Below, piece by piece: positions 10,130-20,723 of a stretch of 64,000 bases of DNA; within the stretch, counting starts at the first letter, position 1, and each line of letters opens with the position of its first letter. The translations under genes and the position numbers were made by a program. The stretch comes from Candidatus Bathyarchaeia archaeon (GTDB taxonomy: Archaea; Thermoproteota; Bathyarchaeia; Bathyarchaeales; Bathycorpusculaceae): assembly GCA_038883655.1 (NCBI GenBank), contig JAVZLQ010000003.1, positions 64,001 through 128,000 on the forward strand, read 5' to 3'. The notes below the pieces were generated by a model, which saw only the letters and a program-made list of their open reading frames with translations, ran no database searches and had not been told where the DNA came from.

Positions 10130-10285
10130 ATGAAGACGCAGACAAAGCGATTAGTAAGCTGTCCAAAATGCGGTTTCGCCTTCGATATAACTTATGGTAG
10201 AGCGTTTGCTTGTTCTGGTTGTCCATCATCAGTACAATGCGGAATGGCGAAATGCCCAAAATGTGGAAATGAGTTCCCATTATGA
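10130..10285 (+). CDS. 51-aa Cys-rich zinc-finger microprotein, not in ORF track
   Basis: MKTQTKRLVSCPKCGFAFDITYGRAFACSGCPSSVQCGMAKCPKCGNEFPL*; two CPKCG motifs plus CSGC. Confidence 0.75.
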   Translation: MKTQTKRLVSCPKCGFAFDITYGRAFACSGCPSSVQCGMAKCPKCGNEFPL

Positions 10286-10309
10286 TAAACGACAGTCACA
10301 TTTTTTAAC

Positions 10310-11140
10310 GTGAACAGTCATATTCAAATGCGCAATAGCGGTGATTCGTTGGCAACACAAAAACCTCAGAAAACTTCGCTTGTCCGCTGGACATCGCTAA
10401 AGGTAAAAACATTTATACTCATCTTCTTGATTTTAGCAATCCTAATCGAATACGCAATCGTCTTGTACACGAAGGGGTTAGGCCTAACTGAAAATCCTGA
10501 CAACAGAATATTCGGTGTAATAAGCCCACTATTCCACCTAATCCCATCAGCAGTCGTCATAACACTAGTGTTCAGCTGGACTTACCTAACAAGGTGCATG
10601 GCAATGAAAACTCAAGAAACTGCAAAAAGGAAAACTCTAACCTTTAAAAAGGAAAAGCCAAAAACTTCGTTTCTCAGCAGATTGAAGGTGAAGATATTTG
10701 GCGCCAAGATTTTTGTCAGCCTTCAACAGAAAATGGCGAACGCCACGATAAAAAGCGCCTTAACAACCCTTTTGCTATTCATGGTTCTCGCCCTCACAGT
10801 CTCCATTTTAGCATACCCAAGAATAATTTACGAGGCTGTAGCAAGCGCTTACCGAAACGATACCGCTCTTTTGAATTTTGTTAAGGGCACAACAGAAGCC
10901 TTGGCACCAATTTTCTGGCTATTCTCAGCAGTGGGCAACGCCCTCATTCCGCTTGCACCTACATTCAGAGATTTCGTCTTGGCTCTTGGAACAATAATCA
11001 GCCCACTAGTAGGCTTGGATGCTGCTGGAAAATACTTGGCAATCCAGAATGCTGCAGCTTGGTTTTCAGCTCTGACAGCCCTAATTTATGGAGAATACGT
11101 GTGCAGGGGTCGGCGATACAGAATAAGAAGGAAGGGCTGA
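10310..11140 (+). CDS. Hypothetical membrane protein
   Basis: 276-aa ORF with several hydrophobic segments and basic loops; start uncertain. Confidence 0.6.
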   Translation: MNSHIQMRNSGDSLATQKPQKTSLVRWTSLKVKTFILIFLILAILIEYAIVLYTKGLGLTENPDNRIFGVISPLFHLIPSAVVITLVFSWTYLTRCMAMKTQETAKRKTLTFKKEKPKTSFLSRLKVKIFGAKIFVSLQQKMANATIKSALTTLLLFMVLALTVSILAYPRIIYEAVASAYRNDTALLNFVKGTTEALAPIFWLFSAVGNALIPLAPTFRDFVLALGTIISPLVGLDAAGKYLAIQNAAAWFSALTALIYGEYVCRGRRYRIRRKG

Positions 11141-11149
11141 AAGGGAATT

Positions 11150-12016
11150 TTGATGGCTGACCGCCCAAGGTTTGGTCCGGCTGGTGTGCCTCCAACCTTT
11201 CGCATTTTAAAGGCAAAATTGGAAGATGTTCCGAAACTTTTGAAGGATGAGGGGCTTGACGCTTTTGAATATCAGGCAGTGCGATGGGGCACGAAACCTC
11301 AAATGCGAAGGGAAGAGGCTGAAAAGCTTGGTTTAAAAGCTGCTGAAAATGATGTTTGGCTTAGCTTGCACGGTTCGTACTTCATAAACTTCTGCGGCGA
11401 AAAAGAGGTTATAGAGGCGAGTAAACAGCGCCTAATAGCATGTGCAACAGCGGCAGAATGGATGAAAGCTCACACGGTTGTTTTTCATCCAGGCTTTTAT
11501 GGAAAAGCGCCTCGAACAGAGGTTTTCAAAAACTGTTTAGAAGCATTAAAGGATGTTGTTGAATCACTGGAAGCCTTGAACATTAAAAGTGTTAAAATTG
11601 GTCCAGAGACCATGGGCAAACCGTCACAGCTTGGAAGCCTAGAAGAAATACTAAGCCTATGCGAGGAAGTGGAGCAAACGCAGCCTGTGATTGACTGGGC
11701 ACATTTGCACGCTAGGGAAAATGGACGTTTCAAAACTATTGATGACTTCCGCAGTGTAATTGAAGCCATTGAGAATAGGCTTGGAACAGAAGCCATAAAG
11801 AACATGCATTGCCACTTTACGAAAGTGGAGTTTACGGAAAAAGGTGAAAAGTGCCACCACGTGTTAGAAGAGGAAAGTTACGGACCAGACTTCGCGATGC
11901 TTGCAAAGGTCATTGTAGAATTTAACCTAAAACCAGTTATTATAAGCGAGAGCCCAATTTTGGACTTAGACGCCATAAAAATGCGCGACATACTCAAAAA
12001 GGTGCTTAAAAGTTAA
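11150..12016 (+). CDS. nfo: Endonuclease IV family (TIM barrel) AP endonuclease
   Basis: FGPAG, SLHGSYFIN, VFHPG, GPETMGK, IDWAHLHAR, HCHF, GEK.H, ISESP. Confidence 0.85.
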   Translation: MMADRPRFGPAGVPPTFRILKAKLEDVPKLLKDEGLDAFEYQAVRWGTKPQMRREEAEKLGLKAAENDVWLSLHGSYFINFCGEKEVIEASKQRLIACATAAEWMKAHTVVFHPGFYGKAPRTEVFKNCLEALKDVVESLEALNIKSVKIGPETMGKPSQLGSLEEILSLCEEVEQTQPVIDWAHLHARENGRFKTIDDFRSVIEAIENRLGTEAIKNMHCHFTKVEFTEKGEKCHHVLEEESYGPDFAMLAKVIVEFNLKPVIISESPILDLDAIKMRDILKKVLKS

Positions 12017-12076
12017 TGTTTAATGCGATACATTTTTGTATGCTTTGTGCAGTGCTGTTCTGTTGTGGTGCACGTT

Positions 12077-13324
12077 TTGTCGAGGCTTAAAGGCTTTCAA
12101 AAACTCACGCCAATAGAAGAGGCGAAAAAGCTCTTTTTCAGCAAACTGCAAATCAGAAAGCCCAAAGCTGTAAGGGTAGAGCTTAGCCAAGCGCTAAACC
12201 ATATTCTGGCAGAAGACGTAATTGCGGATGAAGATTTGCCAAGATTTGACCGTTCAGCTGTTGACGGATACGCCATAAAAGCAGAAGAAACTGTTGGTGC
12301 ATCACAGTTTAAGCCAAAAAAGTTCAGGATAACTACGAAGGAAGAAGTTAGAAGCGGCGAAGCGAAACAAGTTTGGACTGGCAATCCGCTTCCAAGAGGG
12401 ACGGACGCCGTTGTAATGCTCGAGAACACAAAGAGAATTGGCGAGGAAATAGAATTGTGGGTTTCAGTTACACCGGGCGAAAATGTCTCGAGAAGGGGTG
12501 AAGATATTCAGAAGGGAACTGTTGCCGTGAAGGCTGGAACTCGCCTTAAACCTCAGCATTTGGGGTTAATAGCAGCCTTTGGAAAAGCTGAAGTCAAAGT
12601 CTTTGAAAAGCCGAAAGTAGCGATACTTGCAACTGGAAACGAACTTATTGAAGTAGGCACAAATCCAAAGGGAGAGCAAATTTATGAAGTGAATAGGCTT
12701 GTCCTTTCAGCTTTGTGCCGTGAGTTAGAGGCTGAACCAGTTGACTTGGGCATAGCAAGAGACGACGTGGACGAGATAACGGCCAAGCTGAAGACTGGTC
12801 TAGAAGTTGCTGACGCAATAATAACCACTGGAGGCACAAGTGTTGGAATTTCAGACCTTGCCCCAGAAGCTGTTAACAAGCTTGGGAAGCCAGGCGTAAT
12901 AGTTCATGGAATAGCCATGCGTCCAGCCATGCCAACAGCCCTAGCCATACTAAAAGAAAAGCCAATAGTAATTCTTTCAGGCAATCCAGTCGCTGCCATG
13001 ATTGGCTTCGAAGTTTTTGCAAAACCTGTGATAAATGCGCTCATGGGACTAGAAAAGGAGGAACCTAGACCTTTGGTTAAGGCGAAAATTACTAAGCGCG
13101 TAACAACAGCTCTTGGACGCAAAACATTTGTTAGAGTTCGCGTTTTCAAAAGCGAAGGAGAGTATTTCGCTGAGCCCATAAGTGCTCGCGGTTCCGGCAT
13201 AATTTCAACGATGACTAGAGCTAACGGCTACGTCGTTGCACCAGAAAACGTAGAAGGTTTAGATGAGGGCGAAACGGTCAATGTCCACTTGTTTGATTCT
13301 GTCGAGGGAGAAGAAAATGTTTAG
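12077..13324 (+). CDS. moeA: Molybdopterin molybdotransferase MoeA (copy 1)
   Basis: PRFDRSAVDGYA, TGNPLP, ATGNEL, TTGGTSVG, LSGNP; TTG start after GGTG. Confidence 0.92.
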   Translation: MSRLKGFQKLTPIEEAKKLFFSKLQIRKPKAVRVELSQALNHILAEDVIADEDLPRFDRSAVDGYAIKAEETVGASQFKPKKFRITTKEEVRSGEAKQVWTGNPLPRGTDAVVMLENTKRIGEEIELWVSVTPGENVSRRGEDIQKGTVAVKAGTRLKPQHLGLIAAFGKAEVKVFEKPKVAILATGNELIEVGTNPKGEQIYEVNRLVLSALCRELEAEPVDLGIARDDVDEITAKLKTGLEVADAIITTGGTSVGISDLAPEAVNKLGKPGVIVHGIAMRPAMPTALAILKEKPIVILSGNPVAAMIGFEVFAKPVINALMGLEKEEPRPLVKAKITKRVTTALGRKTFVRVRVFKSEGEYFAEPISARGSGIISTMTRANGYVVAPENVEGLDEGETVNVHLFDSVEGEENV

Positions 13325-14567
13325 GAAACTTTTAACTTTCGAAGAAGCCCAGCAGAAAATTAAAAAGTACTTCAAGCCCAAGCCGCTTGGCATTAAGGAA
13401 GTCCCGCTCTTAGAAGCTCACAACCGCGTTCTTGCAAAGGACATAACCGCAGATTTAGATATTCCACCATTCAACCGTTCAACAGTCGACGGATACGCCG
13501 TTAGAGCGCGTGACACATTTGGCTCAGAAGAGAACAAGCCCATAATGCTGAAAATTTGCGGAACAGTGAATGTTGGAGAAAAGCCAAAGGTCAAGGTTGG
13601 AAAGGACATGGCGGCTGAAATCATGACTGGAGCACCCATGCCCGAAGGGGCGGATGCTGTTGTTCCAGTAGAACACACGGAACGAAAAAATGATGTAATT
13701 TATGTTTACAGCGCGGTAGTGAAAGATGAAAACGTCATGAAGGCTGGTTCAGACATAAGAAAAGGCGAAACCGTTCTAAAGGCTGGAAAACTTTTGGGCT
13801 CGAGGGAAATAGGAGTCCTAGCCGCCTTGGGAATGGCAAAAGTAAAAGTTTACATTACCCCAAGAGTGGCGGTTTTGTCAACTGGCGCTGAAATAACGGA
13901 GCCGGGCAAGAAACTTTTTCCAGGAAAAATTTATGACATAAACGCTTACAGCATAAGCGCTGCAGTTCTGGAAAGCGGTGGAAAACCAGTTTACCTGGGA
14001 GTATTCCCAGACGATGAGGAAAAGCTGCAAAAGGCGCTGGAAAGGGCTTTGGCGTCAGCAGACATCATATTAACTTCAGGAGGGGTTTCTGTAGGCCCAA
14101 AGGACGTTATTCCCAAAATCTTGGATTCGCTTGGAAAACCAGGCGTAATAATATGTGGAATTGCCACAAAACCTGGAAAACCAACAACCGTGGCTTTGGT
14201 TAACGGTAAACCGGTTTTTTCGCTTCCAGGACACCCAACATCTGCATTGCTGATTTTTCATCTTCTTGTTCGCCCAGTAATTCTGGGAATGGCTGGAAGA
14301 AAAGTGGATGAAGACTTAACGGTTAGGGCTTTCTCAGCAACCCGGCTTTTTCCAGCAAAGGGTAGGCGAACATTCGTCATGGTTAGGCTTGTCCGTGACA
14401 AAAAGAGTCACCTTTTAGCTGAACCCGTCCAATATGGGCTTTCTGGGGCTATAACAACGCTTGCGAGGGCTGACGGTTTCATTGAAATTGCAGAAAACCA
14501 ACAATTCATAGAAGAAGGCGAAGAAGTCACTGTTAAATTGTTCAGCTTGCAAGGTTTCTCCTTTTAG
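13317..14567 (+). CDS. moeA: Molybdopterin molybdotransferase MoeA (copy 2)
   Basis: PPFNRSTVDGYA, TGAPMPEGADAV, TSGGVSVG, KPGKP, LPGHP. Confidence 0.92.
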   Translation: MFRKLLTFEEAQQKIKKYFKPKPLGIKEVPLLEAHNRVLAKDITADLDIPPFNRSTVDGYAVRARDTFGSEENKPIMLKICGTVNVGEKPKVKVGKDMAAEIMTGAPMPEGADAVVPVEHTERKNDVIYVYSAVVKDENVMKAGSDIRKGETVLKAGKLLGSREIGVLAALGMAKVKVYITPRVAVLSTGAEITEPGKKLFPGKIYDINAYSISAAVLESGGKPVYLGVFPDDEEKLQKALERALASADIILTSGGVSVGPKDVIPKILDSLGKPGVIICGIATKPGKPTTVALVNGKPVFSLPGHPTSALLIFHLLVRPVILGMAGRKVDEDLTVRAFSATRLFPAKGRRTFVMVRLVRDKKSHLLAEPVQYGLSGAITTLARADGFIEIAENQQFIEEGEEVTVKLFSLQGFSF

Positions 14568-14943
14568 AAGCTAAATACGCCGTTGCAATCCACGTAAGAA
14601 TTAGGTATGCCACGAATCCTAGGTCTATGATGATATCTGTTCCAAAAAAGTAATAGAGCATAACAGCGGAAAACATTGTAACCATGAAGAAAAGTATGAT
14701 TGCTGTCCATAAAGCCCAAAAACGCTTGCCGAAAACACCGTATGCGGTTATTACGCTTAGGATTCCAATCATGCCAACATGGATTAGGCTTGGGTTTGTA
14801 GCCAAAAAGTAGAAGCATAAAGCGCCGGCAACAATGTAGAATACAAAAGCTAGAAGCATTCCAGTGCTTTCAATTTTGAGTTTAGATTTAATTGACAATT
14901 TCAGTCCGCTCCTTTTGACTCCTAATGCATTTAACGGCAACAT
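14542..14943 (-). CDS. Small 4-TM hypothetical membrane protein
   Basis: Four hydrophobic segments and a basic tail; true start probably about 40 nt downstream after GGAG. Confidence 0.6.
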   Translation of the reverse strand: MLPLNALGVKRSGLKLSIKSKLKIESTGMLLAFVFYIVAGALCFYFLATNPSLIHVGMIGILSVITAYGVFGKRFWALWTAIILFFMVTMFSAVMLYYFFGTDIIIDLGFVAYLILTWIATAYLASKRRNLAS

Positions 14944-15051
14944 TAATAAATTTAATGTCTAAGAGCTTGCTGCACCACATATGCCACTTATAAAACGAAA
15001 AATTTAGAAACAGACGCGATAGAATATGTCACTCCAAAAAGGAGAAAAAGT

Positions 15052-15954
15052 ATGAGTAAACGCGAACTTTTTACTTCGCAATCAAATGTTTTCAGTGGTT
15101 TCCAGAAAAGCTTCAAAGAAGCTGACTACGTGGTTTTTGGAGTTCCATTCGACGCGACAAGCACATACCGTACTGGCGCAAGGTTTGGACCAACAGCCAT
15201 CAGACAAGCATCGCTAAACATTGAAACTTACAGTTTCCGCACCGAAGTTGACGTTGAAAATCTTAAAATACACGATTTGGGAGACTTGCACGTGACAACA
15301 GACACGAAGGAAACGCTCAAAAGAACAGCGGATGTTGCCGCCGAAATTTTTGATGCTGGAAAGGTTCCAGTGGCAATTGGTGGAGAACACACGATAACTC
15401 TTGGCGTAGTTGCGGGTTTAGGCAGCAAAGCGCAAAATACAACGCTTGTAAGTTTTGATGCGCATCTTGATTTGCGAAACGAGTTTATGAGCTTAAAACT
15501 TTCGCATACAACCTTCATGCGGAGAATAAACGAAGAGTTAAAGCCAGCGAAAATCTTTGAGGTTGGCACAAGGGCGGTCTGCAAAGAGGAACTTGCCTAC
15601 GCGAAAAAGGCGAAAATCGATTTCTTCACGGCACAGCAAATAAGAAAGGAAGGCGCACAAGCAGTCGCGGAAAAACTGAAGGAAGAACTTGCAGCATACG
15701 AGGGCATTTACATTTCAGTCGACATGGACATACTTGACCCGGCATATGTTCCAGCAGTGCAGAACCCAGAACCGGAAGGAATCGAAACACATGTGCTATT
15801 GGATATTCTTGCACGTCTCTGCGACAAACGCGTTTTGGGCTTTGACATGGTAGAAATTGCGCCGAACTATGATCAAGGCGTTTCAGCAGTGCAAGCAGCA
15901 AAAGTAATCTTTGAGATGCTCTGTTGCTTGGAAAAAGCTCGAAAAAGGGCTTGA
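15052..15954 (+). CDS. speB: Agmatinase
   Basis: GVPFDAT, GARFGP, GGEHT, FDAHLD, SVDMDILDP ureohydrolase motifs. Confidence 0.92.
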   Translation: MSKRELFTSQSNVFSGFQKSFKEADYVVFGVPFDATSTYRTGARFGPTAIRQASLNIETYSFRTEVDVENLKIHDLGDLHVTTDTKETLKRTADVAAEIFDAGKVPVAIGGEHTITLGVVAGLGSKAQNTTLVSFDAHLDLRNEFMSLKLSHTTFMRRINEELKPAKIFEVGTRAVCKEELAYAKKAKIDFFTAQQIRKEGAQAVAEKLKEELAAYEGIYISVDMDILDPAYVPAVQNPEPEGIETHVLLDILARLCDKRVLGFDMVEIAPNYDQGVSAVQAAKVIFEMLCCLEKARKRA

Positions 15955-15967
15955 TTTCACCCTTCAC

Positions 15968-17320
15968 CTAACTTTTACCTTTTAACATTTTGGCAATAAA
16001 AAAACCATTACAAGAATGCAGGTGCGGATAAAGCCGCCTACACTTTTCTAATCCTCTTAATCCGTGCAAACCCATTTCTGGCTCTACGTCAACTAAGGAA
16101 AACTCTGGATACCACTTCAAGAAACGCTCAATAAGCATCTCATTTTCTTCAGTCGTTATGCTGCAGGTAGAATAAACAAGCTTGCCGCCAGGCTTCACGT
16201 TGTCTACGCAACTACAAAGCATCTGCCACTGAATTTCAGCCATCTTTTCAACAGAACGCCTTGTGAGCCGCCATTTAGCTGAGGGCAGCTTTGCAAAGGC
16301 GCCTGTGCTTGTGCACGGAGGATCTAAAATTACAATGTCCGCTTCCAACTTGAGTGGTGGAAGATTACATGCATCCGCAATTATCGGAGTGGCTATTTTG
16401 ACGCCCATGCGGTTGATTTCGCTTTTCCATATGCCAATTCTACGTTTTGAGTAGTCTATTGAGTATATTGCGCCGCGGTTCTGCATCAACTGCGCCAAAT
16501 AAGTGGTTTTTGCTCCAGGAGCAGCGCAAACGTCGAGGACAACCATGTTAGGCTGGGGGTTTGCCGCTTCAGCAGCAAAGCAGCTTGCCTTGTCTTGTAT
16601 GTAGAATAAGCCTTTTTGGAAGCTCTCTATGTGTGTTAAGGGCTTTTGAGCGGCTAAAACTTTGTAGGCATACTTTAGCTCTTTGACTTTTTCGACTTTC
16701 ACACCTTCCTTTTCAAGCTCGCCCAAAATTGTTTCTTCACTAGCTCTTAACGTGTTCAACCTAATGTATGTTGGAGGAGCTTGCAAGTTTGCCTCCAAAA
16801 TTTTTATAGCTTCAACACGCCCAAAAAGCCTAAAACAGTACTTAACAAACCATGTTGGATGAAACGTTAAAAGCGCAACTCTTTCCTCGTCACCTAACCC
16901 ATCAAATGCGACTTGTGGATCTTGAGTGAGCAAGGCGCCCAAAAAAGGCTCAACTTTTTTGAGGCTTTTCCATCCGAGAATTGCACGGGCAGTTTTCGCT
17001 ATATTTTCAGCTTCCTTAACATCGATTTTCGACCAGTCTCTGGCTATGCGCGTCTGGTAAACGTAAAGTCTCAAAAAGGCTTGGACGCCTAAATCGAATT
17101 CGCTGATGGTTTTCGGCTTCAAAACATTGTTTATGAAAGCGTCTATGAAGTTTCGTCGCCTAACGGTTTCGCAAACGAGCATGTGCGCAAGCCGCACCGC
17201 ATCAGCATCGCCAATGCCCAACTGCCTAACAGTTTTAGCCAACGCAAGGCGCTCGCTTAGCTTTTGCATTTCCATCCAGCTTAGGCTTTCAATGGCAAGC
17301 GTCCAAGCTTCTTTAAGCAA
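15968..17320 (-). CDS. RsmB/NOL1/NOP2/Sun RNA m5C methyltransferase
   Basis: IQDKAS, DVCAAPGAKT, ILDPPCT, YSTCS, EENE, NGFFIA. Confidence 0.9.
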   Translation of the reverse strand: MLKEAWTLAIESLSWMEMQKLSERLALAKTVRQLGIGDADAVRLAHMLVCETVRRRNFIDAFINNVLKPKTISEFDLGVQAFLRLYVYQTRIARDWSKIDVKEAENIAKTARAILGWKSLKKVEPFLGALLTQDPQVAFDGLGDEERVALLTFHPTWFVKYCFRLFGRVEAIKILEANLQAPPTYIRLNTLRASEETILGELEKEGVKVEKVKELKYAYKVLAAQKPLTHIESFQKGLFYIQDKASCFAAEAANPQPNMVVLDVCAAPGAKTTYLAQLMQNRGAIYSIDYSKRRIGIWKSEINRMGVKIATPIIADACNLPPLKLEADIVILDPPCTSTGAFAKLPSAKWRLTRRSVEKMAEIQWQMLCSCVDNVKPGGKLVYSTCSITTEENEMLIERFLKWYPEFSLVDVEPEMGLHGLRGLEKCRRLYPHLHSCNGFFIAKMLKGKS

Positions 17321-17412
17321 CTCTGATTACACCGCTTATTTCATAGTTCTAGAAGATTAATACTTAAGGATATATAAGAAAGCCAATGCAAAATAACCTA
17401 ATTGTGAGTTAG

Positions 17413-17979
17413 ATGGAAATGAGAAAACGAATTCTCGCAGTGATAGTTGTTGAAACACTCACCCTGCTAACATTAACCAGCAGCATAACTTTTGCTGAAG
17501 AGCTGAAAGGAAAAATTGAAGGAAACCTTAACGCCCTAAATTCAGGTTATGCCATCACAACATGGCCATCGGTCACCGAGGAATATTCTTTAGGAGACAA
17601 TGTTACCGTGAGAGCAGCAACAACAGAACCACCTTTTCCAGAAGCAGTGCACGTTGTTTTTAGGTGGCACAAGCCGGATGGAAGCCTCATTGATGTAGGT
17701 CCAACGCTGTTAACGAAAAGTAACGACACTTGGGATGGAAAACCCATCTGGGACGCATATGACACGCAAACATTAGATGTTATAGGTGAATGGGGCGTAC
17801 AAGCACTCTTTATGGATGAACACGGGAAGCTTCAAGGGCCAAACCCGTATGCAATAGTGGCAATAAAGGCAACATCATGCACAATAATTCCAGAAATAAG
17901 CCTAAACATGTTTTTAGCAACTTTTTGGATACTTATCGTTTTCTGCGCGGCCACTATTAAAAGAAGAAAAGGCTTCTGA
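17413..17979 (+). CDS. Secreted protein with C-terminal IPE-TM-basic anchor (PEF-CTERM-like)
   Basis: N-terminal signal peptide; C-terminal IIPEISL, TM helix, IKRRKGF. Confidence 0.6.
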   Translation: MEMRKRILAVIVVETLTLLTLTSSITFAEELKGKIEGNLNALNSGYAITTWPSVTEEYSLGDNVTVRAATTEPPFPEAVHVVFRWHKPDGSLIDVGPTLLTKSNDTWDGKPIWDAYDTQTLDVIGEWGVQALFMDEHGKLQGPNPYAIVAIKATSCTIIPEISLNMFLATFWILIVFCAATIKRRKGF

Positions 17980-18045
17980 AAACCTGCAAACAAAAACAGC
18001 AAGAAATTTTAGTAAATCCGATTAAATAGTGAGTTAGGAGTGCTA

Positions 18046-20721
18046 ATGGCTCAGCGTCGACTGGACGAATTTTCAACCCAAGAAAAGACAAAGGAAGCTG
18101 AAGCGGAAGCTCTACCCTTCACAGAAGCCATAAAAAGGGAAAAAGAAAAACAGGCATCCTCGCCACTGGCGCCAGAAAATCTGCCACCATCATACTTTGT
18201 TTCAGCCACGTATGATGGGAAGACTGGAAAAGCCCTAATCAAGCTTTACGAGGCAGTTTCTGGCAAAATTTATTTTTGGTATGACAACACTGGGCATAAG
18301 CCTTATTGCCTCACAAATCTTTCACCGTTGGAACTCGAAAGAATAGACCGCTTAAAGCATCATCAAGGCTTTGACCATTTTGAGATTGTGGAAAAATTTG
18401 ACCCCTTATTGGATAGGACTGTGAAAGTAACAAAGATTGTAGCTAAAGACCCCTTGGCGATTGGCGGACGCCCAAAAGGCTGCATTAGGGACATAATCCC
18501 AGAAGACTTCCCAAAAGTGGCTGACACACCAATAGCCCAAGAACAAATCAAAGTTTGGGAATCAAAAATAAAGTACTACCAATCATACATTTACGATAAC
18601 GACCTGTGGCCTGGAATGCTTTACGAAGTTAGAAACGGCAAACTCGTCATGAAAAGTTTGGATGAACCAGAAAAAACTGTAAAGCAGATAATGAGCCTAT
18701 TTGAAGGTGCAACAGAAGAGGAGCTGCGGTACATTGAACAGTGGGCAAGGCTTCTGGAGTATCCAGCTCCAAAGTTCCGCCGCGTAGCCCTAGACATAGA
18801 AGTTTACTCGCCTATCCCAACGCGTATGCCAGACGCCCGCGAGGCAGACTATCCAATTGTTTGCGCTTCGCTTTACGGTTCTGATGGACTAATGAAAGTA
18901 TTACTTTTGAAGCGTGAGGGAGTCCGAGAAGGAACCGAACATTTGCCTGCTGACGTAAACCTAGAATATTTTGACTCAGAAGAGAAGCTTATAAGAGCTA
19001 TTTTTGAAGTTTTGTGGGATTATCCTTTCGTCATAACTTTTAATGGAGACGATTTTGACCTGCGTTATTTGGCGCATAGAGCAGAAAAGTTCGGCTTAAG
19101 AAGGGACGAAATTCCGATAGATGTTGGCAAACGCGTCTGCCTCCTAAAATATGGTGTTCACATAGACCTTTACAAGTTCTTTTTCAACCGTTCAATCCAA
19201 ATTTACGCCTTCAACAACCGCTATAGGGACGTAACCCTCGACGATGTTGGCAAAGCCCTAATCGGCATGGAAAAAATACGCCTCGAAAAGAATTTAGGCG
19301 AATTAACTTACACGGAGCTTGCGAAATACTGCTTTAGAGATGCTGAAATAGCCTTCAAACTCACAAGCTTTGAAGACGAGTTGGTAATGAAGCTAATTCT
19401 GGTTTTGGCTAGGATAAGCAGCATGCCAATGGAAGACTTGAGCCGCCAGGGAGTTTCACGTTGGATAAGGAATTTCCTGCACAGAGAGCACCGAAGAAGA
19501 AACATGCTTATCCCAAACGCTGAAGAAATCCTAGCCGCGAAAGGCAAAACCGCCACAAAAGCCATAATAAAAGGCAAAAAATACAAAGGCGCAATAGTCG
19601 TCGAGCCAGTGCCAGGCGTCCATTTTAACGTGGCGGACTTGGACTTCCAAAGTCTATACCCATCAATCATAAAAGTTTGGAACCTAGGCTACCAATCAAT
19701 ACTATGCCAACACCCAGAATGCCGCAGCAACCTAATCCCAGATACGCCGCATTGGGTCTGTACAAAAAAGCGGGCATTAGAAAGCCTCTTGATAGGTTCG
19801 CTTAGGGACTTGCGTGTGCGCTGGTACAAGCCAAGGTCGAAAGACAAGAGCCTTCCAAAGGAGCTCAAAAGCTGGTACAACCCAATCCAAGGCGCACTAA
19901 AAGTCATTTTAAACGCAAGCTACGGCGTCTTCGGAGCCGAAACATTCGACCTTTATTGTCCGCCAGTAGCGGAAGCAACAGCCGCCATAGGAAGACACTC
20001 AATAACGCAGATAATCAACAAAGCTAAAGAACTTAACATCCAAGTGCTTTATGGCGACACGGACAGCATATTCCTAAAGAACCCTTCGAAAGAACAGATT
20101 GAAGAACTATCAAAGTGGGCAGAAAGTGAACTGAAAATGAGCCTAGACGTGGATAAAATCTACAGATACATTGTTTTCAGCTCGCGTAAAAAGAACTACC
20201 TAGGAGTTCTCGAGGATGGAAGCGTAGACGTCAAGGGATTGACGGGCAAGAAGAGGCATATTCCACTGTTCATTAAGAAGGCCTTTGACAAAATGAAGGA
20301 GCGCCTAGCCACGGTGAAAACGCCAGCAGACTTCGAAAAGGCCAAAAAAGACACGTGCGACATAATCCGTGACTGCTATATGCGCCTAAAAAGACGAGAG
20401 TGGACAAGCCTAGAAGAACTAGCCTTCAACGTAGTCTTAGGCGAAGAACCAGAACGCTACACAAAAACAACACCCCAACACGTCAAAGCAGCAAAAATCC
20501 TAAAAGAGGGAGGATTAGAGCTTAAAGCTGGAGACCTCATAAGCTTCGTCAAAGTCATCAAAGAACCACACGTCAAACCAGTGGAGTTGGCGACAAACAA
20601 CGAGATAGACGTTGACAAGTACATTGCATATCTTCACTCAACATTCGATCAGGTTCTGGACGCGTTAGGATTAGACTTTGACGAAATAATAGGGTTAACA
20701 AAGTTAGAGCGCTTCATGTGA
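18046..20721 (+). CDS. polB1: Family B DNA polymerase (PolB1 type)
   Basis: ALDIEV, FNGDDFD exonuclease motifs; DFQSLYPS, KVILNASYG, YGDTDS, KKNY; TACK PolB1-type N-terminus YFWYDNTGHKPYC; no intein. Confidence 0.95.
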   Translation: MAQRRLDEFSTQEKTKEAEAEALPFTEAIKREKEKQASSPLAPENLPPSYFVSATYDGKTGKALIKLYEAVSGKIYFWYDNTGHKPYCLTNLSPLELERIDRLKHHQGFDHFEIVEKFDPLLDRTVKVTKIVAKDPLAIGGRPKGCIRDIIPEDFPKVADTPIAQEQIKVWESKIKYYQSYIYDNDLWPGMLYEVRNGKLVMKSLDEPEKTVKQIMSLFEGATEEELRYIEQWARLLEYPAPKFRRVALDIEVYSPIPTRMPDAREADYPIVCASLYGSDGLMKVLLLKREGVREGTEHLPADVNLEYFDSEEKLIRAIFEVLWDYPFVITFNGDDFDLRYLAHRAEKFGLRRDEIPIDVGKRVCLLKYGVHIDLYKFFFNRSIQIYAFNNRYRDVTLDDVGKALIGMEKIRLEKNLGELTYTELAKYCFRDAEIAFKLTSFEDELVMKLILVLARISSMPMEDLSRQGVSRWIRNFLHREHRRRNMLIPNAEEILAAKGKTATKAIIKGKKYKGAIVVEPVPGVHFNVADLDFQSLYPSIIKVWNLGYQSILCQHPECRSNLIPDTPHWVCTKKRALESLLIGSLRDLRVRWYKPRSKDKSLPKELKSWYNPIQGALKVILNASYGVFGAETFDLYCPPVAEATAAIGRHSITQIINKAKELNIQVLYGDTDSIFLKNPSKEQIEELSKWAESELKMSLDVDKIYRYIVFSSRKKNYLGVLEDGSVDVKGLTGKKRHIPLFIKKAFDKMKERLATVKTPADFEKAKKDTCDIIRDCYMRLKRREWTSLEELAFNVVLGEEPERYTKTTPQHVKAAKILKEGGLELKAGDLISFVKVIKEPHVKPVELATNNEIDVDKYIAYLHSTFDQVLDALGLDFDEIIGLTKLERFM

Positions 20722-20723
20722 CT

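Noticed and set aside
12077-14567. Tandem moeA duplication
   Set aside because: Two adjacent moeA paralogues are common in archaea.
18046-20721. Inteins in PolB, TopA, aIF5B or topo VI
   Set aside because: Lengths are typical, catalytic motifs are contiguous and no intein junctions were seen.
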